DNA of 64,000 nucleotides from Lingula anatina (lineage: Eukaryota; Animalia; Brachiopoda): assembly GCA_051362555.1 (NCBI GenBank), contig CM120646.1, forward strand, positions 18,538,001 to 18,602,000, written 5' to 3'. Positions within the stretch are counted from its first letter, which is position 1. Every line of letters begins with the position of its first letter. The position numbers were made by a program, and so were the translations under genes. Shown here in pieces: positions 54,697 to 64,000 of the stretch. Below the pieces are notes generated by a model. The model saw nothing but the letters and a program-made list of their open reading frames with translations, ran no database searches and was not told where the DNA came from.

Positions 54697-57176
54697 CGTA
54701 AATGAAAAATAAGCTGCTCAAATTTTGACAACAAGTAAGTGGTTAACAAATTACTTAATTTTTATTTTATATTTCAGGATGTCTTAAGGAAAGCCGAAAA
54801 AGTATTTGCTAAAGCGTCTAAACTATGCAGGGTATGTAAAAACATGTGTCTGATATTAAAACAAACATTTATCAAGCAAGTATTGTTGCAGCACGCCGAT
54901 TTTAAAAGAATTCGATGTATAGTGTCAGACACAATCGTTACAGCTCGACAAGCATTTTCATTTTAACCCCTCATGGCAGAATACGAAAGTTTTATCAAGC
55001 CAGGCAAAAGACAGCATTGTATAACTAGACAGTGCAGCAGTCCTCTGCATAGTGTAAAACCACACCTTAAAACAGGTTCATTAACGGGTTCATACACTCA
55101 AGTGTAGCACCATTATCACAATACAACACGTCAGAATAAAACACACTTACGTATGGCACAACTAACACAATACAACACGACAGGACAAAATACGACACAC
55201 CATACCAGTACACAACACAATACAGTGAATTTCTGTCCCATATATAAGATATTCATTTTAGATATCTCAAGCTGGTGTCACAAAAAAAATTATCACTCAC
55301 ACGAAACATTTCTACATGTCATCGTCCATATTCATCACTCGCAACGTGTTTGGCGCGAGTGATAGTTTTTTTTTCCTTAGTTTGGACAAAATAGCTTTTG
55401 TTCTTTATTATCTACCAAACTGATGGATCTTTGTAAACAATACATTTTTCGCATACTGTTTTCACTGAAAAGTTTTTCTTCACAGGTCATTAACTGCACC
55501 TACGACCAGGAAATCAAGATCTTACCAGAAGAGAGACATTTTGTGTGGTTTCTACAGCCACGAGATGCACAGATGATGCTGTTTGGGCCACGCAGAGGTT
55601 TGATAATTGTACTATTTTCCGCGTGTTTGTCTCGTATTGGTTTTGTTAACTGTCCCTACTTATAAACGTTGCATTTTGTTGTTGTTGTGACGAGAACGAG
55701 ATGCAAAGATAAGTCTGTTGGGGTTAACTAGTAGGGATATTGTCTGTTTAAACTCGGTATTTTTAACAGCAAATAGAAATAGCGTTGACCAAAGCTATTT
55801 TTAATGTCAGTATTACGATATAACTTTCTATAGGCCTAAGTCTTTGTAACAGAGTCATAACTAAAATCCTGAATTATGAGACCTGTTCTCTCCTCTTCAT
55901 CTAACCTTCTTACGCGAACGAATAAAAAGTCCAAAGAAAAGTAATATACCTCTGATATAACATTACATCCATACTCACGATCACTCTTACGCACGCCCAT
56001 CTTTTGATATGCCGGCAAAATGGCAAACAATCAAACCATGACTCTATCAGTCTCGAGAGAGGCGGAATCAACCGACTCCCCATTTTAATAACAAATTTCC
56101 ATGTTTATTGTTTTCTCCCATTAGAAGTCCATATCAAATCAGCAGCAAGCAGGGCGCTGGGCCTTCCTTTCTATCCTAAGAGGTACTCTGGTGGCCATGA
56201 GTCAGAGAAGGAAGGTAAATATTTCGACTGGTAATGATGATTAGATAGACCAAGGAATTATATCGTAGACTACTATATAATTCCCTGGATAGATATGCCT
56301 TTTAGAGAGACATGATATTTCATAAAACATTTGATGTTTTAAATTTACTTTCACACGAATGCTGTGATTCATTTTGGGGTATTTAGGCTGACTAATGTGA
56401 TGGTTGGAATAAGTGAGAGGTGTTGAAAACGTCAATAAAAATCTTTCTGTCTTAAAGCCCAATATGTTTCTGCATATCCAATTATTTAATACTAGATGTT
56501 GAGTTTGCGAGGCTTACGGAGAGATGTGCACATCTGAGGGAATATCGTGTTCACATCTCCAATCTGTTAGGTCCAGTAATTTAACATTGACATTCGAATT
56601 GATTTTTCAGACAAGCGAAGAGTCGAATCTCTAGGAAACATATCCGCGGATAGTGGCGTAGAATTCAACGACGTCCCGGAAGATTACATTTACGACGTTC
56701 CTCGCCGATTCGTTCGTGACGATCCACAGGTGGGCGAGCTCATTCAGCCATCGTCTGCAATTTGGAGCCAAAACCCACCCTTTTCACGCACACAACCAAG
56801 AGATCACAGGATTTACACAAAGAAAAACCCACTCTACGTGGGGGAAGATGCATATGCTGTCATGCATTCGCCACACCACCATCGCCTAAGCAAGGGAGCA
56901 CATTACAGTTCCCATGGCGACCTTCCACGTGCAGGACGCCTAGCAACGTATGACTCCCTTGGCAACAACGCATACGGCTCTACGATGCAGTTGTATTCTG
57001 ATCCACGATGGCGTCGTGAGGTGAATGGTAAAGAATTGCGAAATTTGGACAAAAAAGGTGGCAAGTATCAGAGGAAAGGGAAGAGGGATTCCGGTGGTAT
57101 GGTTTTACAAGATCCCCCGTACAGAGCTTACACGGCACAATGGCTGGATGTTAACCAGATATATTACAGCACGTGA
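48182..57176 (+). CDS. Class-V PLP-dependent enzyme (cysteine desulfurase/selenocysteine lyase-like) with long C-terminal tail, paralogue B
   Basis: Putative first exon 48182-48217 (MGQVGLSTMPGK, GC donor), then 48620-48722, 49624-49654, 50174-50290, 50645-50780, 51110-51241, 51553-51694, 51854-51893, 52167-52225, 52625-52809, 52977-53228, 53681-53742, 53887-53925, 54129-54240, 54464-54616, 54778-54831, 55486-55597, 56125-56214, 56611-57176. Exon sizes match paralogue A almost throughout; SPHKFIGG and RGGCACAGPY are intact. Confidence 0.92.
54637..54695. repeat. Compound (CT)n(CA)n microsatellite
   Basis: Visible directly in the sequence. Confidence 0.9.
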
Positions 57177-60100
57177 ACTGTAATGAATTGAAAGAAAAAA
57201 TTAATCAAAAGAAACACGATGAATGATTAATGATTCCCTTTTGGTACTATGTGTTTTTTTTATAAATTCTTTTTGTACTTTAAAACTTCATAAAATGTCG
57301 ATATTAGAAGCTTTAATTTAATACCAAGTAGACCTGTAGATAAACATAAATACTAATCGTAAAAAAAAAAAAAATCACGGGAGAAAATAAGAAACCTTGA
57401 ATCTGGACCTGACCATACCAAAACAGGACAATCTGTTAGTGTGCTGTCACCTTACGGTCGTTCCCTAATAAAAATATGGTGGCAAGAGTAAAATCCTTAG
57501 ACTGAGAAATGTAGAACAAAAGGACATTTTCTGGGTTATAGTGCCACAGTGTAACTCAGATTTGCGTCTGAAAAGAAAAAAAAAACAGTAGGTATTGCTA
57601 GCTTCACAGTTTGTTAGAAGTCTTGTGCTTTGAAATTCTGGGTATTATTATTTTCAGCAAGGAGTTGCCTGCGATTTCACCTCTCAGAACCGAGGAAATT
57701 AACGCAAAGGCAGTTATTAAAATAATTGACCTTTGGCGTCAAGGGACTCAAGGCACCGAGTAAATTTCATCATCTTAACGCTTAACTCGGCGCAGAAAAA
57801 GATAGATAAATCCGGCGTGTTAAAACATATCCACGCTACAAATGTCAGCAATCCAATAAGCTGTAATCAGATAAACAAGAGGAACACGTGGGGAGAATAA
57901 ACGTTTTCCAGCAGTTGTACAGGGTGCTGGGAAAATATAAGTACTGCATATTTTAAGAGTTGTGTTTTTTAAACCTTGATACCATAATCGGAGGAAAAAC
58001 TAGCAAAAATGCATAATTATATTTGTCGGCACATTTACCTGACACATTCCATAGTCTTTTTACTCATAAAAGATAGGCAACAAAATCTGTCAGGTTTACA
58101 ACAACGTTACTTATCATATTTTCACTATCTCTGACGTTTATTTGAATTACAGCCATCTGCCAATCGTGGGCTTATTATAAGTGGCAGCAATACGAGTTAA
58201 GTGAGTGAGCGAGTACACGAATTTTCGTCAAACCGTGTACAGCAACAGAAAACACAACCCTATGTTAATTTCACGTACGTCACGAATAAACGTGATAATT
58301 CTCCGTCGTTAGAGAGGCATTTCTGTAACCCGAAATAAAGAGATCTGAAGTGTTCAACCAACCATGCGGCGTTGTCCATACCTGACAATAGAATTGGGCA
58401 CGTAACTAGTTGATGTAAGGTAAGTCGAAGTGTGAATCCAATTAAGTGTTTTGTCCGATGAAGATGTTATTTTGTTTACAAAAAAAAAAAACAATCGAGC
58501 AAAAGCTGGAATAACGGGAAGTGTCTGTGACTTAAGGAATGAAAGGAAATATATACACTTTATATGAATCTAGCCAGATACAAGTAACTCTCTGAATGTG
58601 GTTCGTAATTCCATAAAAACAATCGCTGGAAGTCAATGAAAATTGCACATAGTATAATGCATAGTAAAGGCAGCATTCTGTGCATTGGGAAACTAGAACC
58701 TTGAGCTGTAAAACAAGCCCACTCTCCTTGATTTCTGAAATCCACCAGCTAGATAGTGTATAAAGAGTCGTGCTGGCTATCCGTGCATTGTTTTACTTTA
58801 ACTCAAGAACTCACAAAACTCGTAAAAATACGATCACATAGACACGGTCGGGTTCACGTTTACTGATACATTCATTGTGATTATAAAAGAGTTAATCGGG
58901 CCTGTTGAATACATATAAAAATGAAGAAAGTCAACAGTATAGAATTAATAGATACACAGTATTCAAGATTTTTCTCAGTTTAAATGTAAGTGCTAATTCC
59001 TTAAATGAATATAAAACTTTTCGTATTGAGGTCTGACTTAGTGGCAAAAAGCCAAAGAAAATGCGTTTACACTGAATATTTCAGTTGCCATATGAACTGG
59101 CATTACATAAACTAATAAAAACACGCAATACTGCCACAGGGCTGACTAATTCACAAGGCAATTGTTTTCCACCAGAATAAATCTGCTGCGAGTTTACCGC
59201 GTATTGTAATCGTTATCTTCGCCTTCTGTTCTCAAAATTCGATAAAGCCGAGTCTTATTTCTCCTAGTGCGTCAGAACCTCGGGTAGTTTATACATGATT
59301 CGCACCAGGAACGAAGTCAAATTCGAACCTTTGGCGGAAATTGGTTTGCTGTGCTTGTGTCGTGCGGACAAGGGGTGTGATGACACCCGGCGCTTTAAAA
59401 TGTCTCGGCAAGTTAAGGTAGAATTCGAGACTGCGTGCTTTGCAATTGAGTACGTACATTTAAAGACTAGCGAACGCACGTGTTAAGAAGTGAAGGCTTT
59501 TAGTGTCAAATAGTGTTAATTTTGTGATCAGTTATTGTTATATTACCTACAAGTGACGTGTATGCAACTTTAAAAGCACAGTTGTTGTAACAGGAACATC
59601 GAGGCTTGATATCCAATGCTCCCTAAAACGCGCTTAGAGACTATACTACACCACAATTAAAAGGTGAAGTTTGCACAGGACATGAGGGGAAGGGGAGAAT
59701 ATATAATACAGTAGTAAATTGTTATTTGCACACCAATATTGGTGTCCAAAAAAAAACAAAAGGCTTCAGGGAATGAGGATACGGTTAAATTGAACAATTG
59801 TTTTGAAGAAATTATTAACGTAAATTTGAATAGTGAAATGCATTGCATGGGTGACTGTATCATGCATGGGAATCAGCTCGCAAAATAAATAACATCCGCT
59901 TAGGTAAAATAACGGGCGGTATCTGCAAGTAGAACTGATTGAAAAATGAGGTACTTCAAACAAAGCATTTATCATTTAACCCATGGTCGCGCACGAAGGC
60001 TGAAAAGTGTGGATAATGTATTTCTTGCGGCACAAACGTTGTGTTATATTTGAGGTGAATTATGCGTCTGTGAGTGTTTTCATACAAGGATCAAACAAAC

Positions 60101-60877
60101 AGATCTAAATACCGCGGACTCAGGGACCTGAAACGACTAAAGCCACAAATGGGTCTTATGCAAAACTGTTTTAAAATGTCTGAGTCGTCTAATTTGCGTT
60201 TCACAGAGTAGCTATAAGGCTGCTCACTTCACATTTTCGGCATTTTAAATGAGCTACCCGAGCAAATTGTCATGTCAACAGCATTTAATGTAGGCCAACC
60301 GTTCGAAGAGCGCAGAAAACCAAATATCTAAAAGTCGACTTTATCGGCTATCAAGTCCAAAAGTTAGGCTTCTGATATATGAAGACTCTTCGCTCCTCCA
60401 GGACTATACAAAACCAATCAACAGACCTGATATTAAACAGCACTTGGTTTGTTTACATTGATCAAATTTATATGAATGACGTGGGGGCGTCCCACGTTGC
60501 AGCAGCAAGTTCCCTTTTTTTACCAAATGCTCTCCGTTGCAGGAGGCCTGTTCTTAGAATGAGTTATTGTTCAACCCTAACGCTTATAATGACGTTTAAA
60601 AATGCGTACACGTAATCTTTTTTTTTTTCATCACCTTCAAACCTCTGAAGCACAGAGAAGCTGCGTAATAATTGCTAATAAGAAAGTGCTTCAGGTTCCG
60701 ACAGTTGGTAACTCAAAATCTTGGTAGAGGAGGGGTAGGAAGATGGTTTCCATGTTGTTCATTTTTAGTGAATAGTCTAGTATACCGTTGGCGCGTATTT
60801 TGTTGAGCACAAAAAAGAAAACGTCTAAGTATGCCGTCGTGAACATTCTTCGCACACTTCTTGGAACGTGCTACCAA

Positions 60878-60912
<35 letters not shown>

Positions 60913-60913
60913 C
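60878..60913. repeat. (GCAC)n tetranucleotide microsatellite
   Basis: Visible directly in the sequence. Confidence 0.9.
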
Positions 60914-61547
60914 ACGAACCATCTTGTATGATTGTACAGCATGTAACAGCTGCAAACCTCCAAATGGATAAATAAGATCCAGTTGATCCACCTCTTAGTT
61001 CTTTTTGAAGATCGTTAAATCTATCCCTCATCTGATATAAGGCTTAAAGGGGTTATTTTTAGTCAGCCAGAGGATAAAGTGGTCTTTTTCATCGCCTGTT
61101 TGGAGCATTAACTCAACAATAAAGTGAAAATGACTGAGCTGAAAGTAATTTCTGTGCGAGCCCTCACAAGCAATTGAATCCATCACGTCTACCTTTGCCG
61201 GTATCAGAATTAATGATCACTGAAAAGATCAACCCACGTTGCCTGACCCTTTGCAAAGGAAAAAGGGATATGAGCGTAGGTGTCTTTTGATCAAAAGGAA
61301 TAAAAATCTTGATCTCATGCCTTGGGCCTGTATAACTGTTTTTTTTTTCCAACTTCAGATTTTAATGCTATGTACAGTAGTACCTAGATCTATCTGACAT
61401 CATGTTACGTAGCAAAGATTTGATTGCTTTATTCGCTTCACAGTCTAATGATAGTTCTGCGCTTTAGATGCTTTATTTATTATATGTATTGCAGTTCAAC
61501 CGTCTGCCAGAAATTGCTTCAGCGATTCAAAACACGCCACACAAAAT

Positions 61548-62545
61548 ATGAAGCGCCATCTATGGGTAACTTTCACGGTCCTGCTCGTGCTGCAAACGTT
61601 TCACCCGGTCGTCTGCTATCATCTGCACGATCTTCAAGCCTTCATGGCGACGGGGAGGCTCGAAGGAACTGGCCGTCGGGAAAATCGAAAGGAAACCCCG
61701 TGGATTAAGTCGGCGAATTCTTACAACGGCCGAAAGCAAGGATACCAACCGTTTCCAGTAATTTTTGATCTGCAACAGCGCCAGCAAGCGCAAGAATTGG
61801 TCCAGAAAATTGTGAACAAACTACGCTTGTTGATGTCCAAGCCAAACCTTGATGCGCTCATGAACACCCTGGACTGCGACGACCCTACACATGGTAATAA
61901 GAATTATTCATTTCATTTATGCTCAAGTAGGCCTAATAAAATATTTTCTTTACGATCAATAATTTAGACTGCGTAGTTTCAATCACGGCTGGCAAAACTT
62001 ATATTAAATTGATAATTGTGATTAGCGTTCTTTTTTATATTTTTTTAACAAAGGCGGGATTTTTTATTGAACTTAGTCTATGTCTGTATTTCTGTATATA
62101 GAATTTATGATTTGAGATTCCCTCACCCCCCCCCCCCTCTCAAAATACAGTGAGGTGCAGTTGGGCCTAAACATCTACTTCCACAATTGAAAGTGTTTTG
62201 TTAAAACGGTTTTGAGCGCGACTGAAAGTACCGTATGTTTTTTCCGTTTCATTTAAAGGGCATTCTGGCGGACTCCTCCCTGTTCCTCACTCAAACGACT
62301 TCCACGAGGCGGCCTTGGTGTTACTGCTGGCGTTGGCCGGGTGCCCCGCCCAGAGTGAAGAGAGGCTCCAGAGAGCTATAGCGACCAGCGGCCTGGACGC
62401 CGTGATCCAGTTACTGAAGGATATGCACACGCTCACGAGCAGCATCCCTGTGTATAAGCCCTCCCCACCTCCTGAAAAGGTCGAACTGAAAACAGAACAA
62501 GGGGGAAAACCCAGATTTTTGTTGACGCCTAACGATTTGGTTTGA
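61548..62545 (+). CDS. Secreted protein of about 210 aa with an apolipoprotein-F-like segment
   Basis: Exons 61548-61893 and 62259-62545 join in phase 1 (633 nt). Start context caaaatATG; signal-peptide-like MKRHLWVTFTVLLVLQTFHPVVC; an upstream acceptor at 61494 implies a non-coding first exon; AATAAA at 62998. Confidence 0.75.
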
Positions 62546-63715
62546 TGGGATGGGAGTGTTTAATTTCCGCGTGGAAGGAAGAAAGAACTGGCGTGTACGC
62601 TTCAAAACATCCCGGTGTCAAAAAACTGAGGGTCCGTGTAATAGACACTCCGTCCTACATAAGATCCGTACAGGTTAGAGCTGACATGATGTAATCGGGC
62701 TCTGTATCAAAAAGGACTCGTGCGACACCGGGACAAGTGCCTTGTTTTTTAAGACCTTGTATGCACCCGAACGTATATTTCTGTTAATCTTAATCAAAGC
62801 GACTTTCAAATAGAACGACAACGTTCAAGAAATTTCAACTAGAATGCAATAATCGAGATACAAGGATTGGATCAAAAGTGACGCAGAGATATCAGAACGA
62901 TGCGGCAAACATAGATAAGCACTCAGCCCACCCATCTGCAAGTCCACTTGCCCCCGCTGCATTTATGTAACTTCTTGTGAATCAATACTAATTATTCAAT
63001 AAATATACCACCAGACTCGCACCAAGTAATCACTCTCAAAACCTTTATTGCATATAAAATAGCGAAAACGTGAAGTAACATATACAAAACACAAATTCGT
63101 CCAACTAAGATTTTCCAAAAAATTAAAATCGGGCACATAAACGGATGTAGAGAACTGGTAGCGTTACATACGCATACTATCGTTTTATAACGATTCTCTG
63201 AATTGATAATGTGTAATGATTCAGCGCTGAAATATAAACTTTACTTATAAGATTCGTAACAGTTCTTAGACAAGATTTGACCATTGCAAAATTATAGTTT
63301 TAGAATCCTTGTAAAATATAAAGTTAAAAAACGCACATCTATGGCATTGTTCTCGAACCGTTTAGAGCAAATCGCATCTTAAGCCGCTACTTATATATCA
63401 GCCAGCAAAAATAAACAACGAAGTAACATAACTCAACGCAATTCATTTCCAATATTTGGACAGCACTTGCTATCATTTTCATATAATGCCATATAATTCT
63501 TGATTCTACAGCTCAATTGCCCATTGTGTATCAACTTAGCAGTCTTCATAATTGTCAAAACTAACGCATTCTCCACTAAAGCAATATACAGTCACCATTA
63601 ATAAATCCGTTCTTCACGAAACCCAGACTCGGACCCAATCCAACTGAAACAGACACTGTGTGGGGTGTGTGAACTTGACCAGTTCCCCCTTGTATCCCAG
63701 TGACCAGTGGTCAGT

Positions 63716-63805
63716 CTACTTGAGGTTAGGGAAGTCCTCTGGTAGCAGAGCATGGACTCTACAGGTGGGGCAGGTGCTCTGCTCTCGGAACCACTTGCTG
63801 ATGCA
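63716..63805 (-). CDS. Last coding exon of a RING-H2 E3 ubiquitin ligase, DZIP3/TTC3-like (5'-partial)
   Basis: Minus-strand acceptor ctctctgttcgttccag, then CISKWFREQSTCPTCRVHALLPEDFPNLK*. This has the RING C-terminal CxxxW...CPxCR pattern plus an HxLLPExFP tail as recalled from DZIP3. Minus-strand AATAAA at 63044-63049. Confidence 0.85.
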   Translation of the reverse strand, partial: CISKWFREQSTCPTCRVHALLPEDFPNLK

Positions 63806-64000
63806 CTGGAACGAACAGAGAGATGCATACTATGACTGATTCAAATATTTAATTTTGCTCAGTATACAAGTAGCCATTTACTGATATGTTAGAATGAACA
63901 GAGAGGTACAGTACAATAATAATAACTAATTGACTAATTCAAAGGTATAATTCTTGCCATAGAAATGTACTTTATTTGAGAAAAAGAACACTTTTGATCC

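Noticed and set aside
58759-58850. TATA-like gtataaag and a possible non-coding first exon for the secreted-protein gene
   Set aside because: Plausible, but the donor is weak and nothing independent supports it.
63598-63828. 76-aa minus-strand ORF from the ORF track (MHLSVRSS...)
   Set aside because: Wrong frame; the overlapping frame after the acceptor encodes a clear RING-H2 C-terminus.

Overview
AT-rich, intron-containing animal genomic DNA, most likely an invertebrate (inferred from gene content and repeats; the species cannot be determined). Manual splicing of GT-AG exons gives six genes. (1) The 3' part of a gene for an ER-lumenal acidic protein: a calsequestrin-domain-I-like thioredoxin fold, about 57 cysteine-free DxDxDGIPD (thrombospondin type-3-like) repeats in one giant exon, and a C-terminal KDEL. 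(2) A complete tandem paralogue (about 469 aa) with a signal peptide, the same thioredoxin-like exons, His-loaded versions of the repeats on 108-nt exons, and a C-terminal KTEL. (3, 4) Two tandem paralogous class-V PLP enzymes (cysteine desulfurase/selenocysteine lyase-like, about 800 aa) with long C-terminal tails. (5) A two-exon secreted protein of about 210 aa with an apolipoprotein-F-like segment. (6) The last exon of a DZIP3/TTC3-like RING-H2 ligase on the minus strand. Intergenic DNA and introns carry several MITEs, a tRNA-derived SINE head, a 620-bp tandem duplication and microsatellites. The strongest candidate for an undescribed system is the Asp-rich/His-rich pair of ER-retained calsequestrin-like metal-buffer proteins. 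Homology calls come from motif recognition and memory, not database searches.
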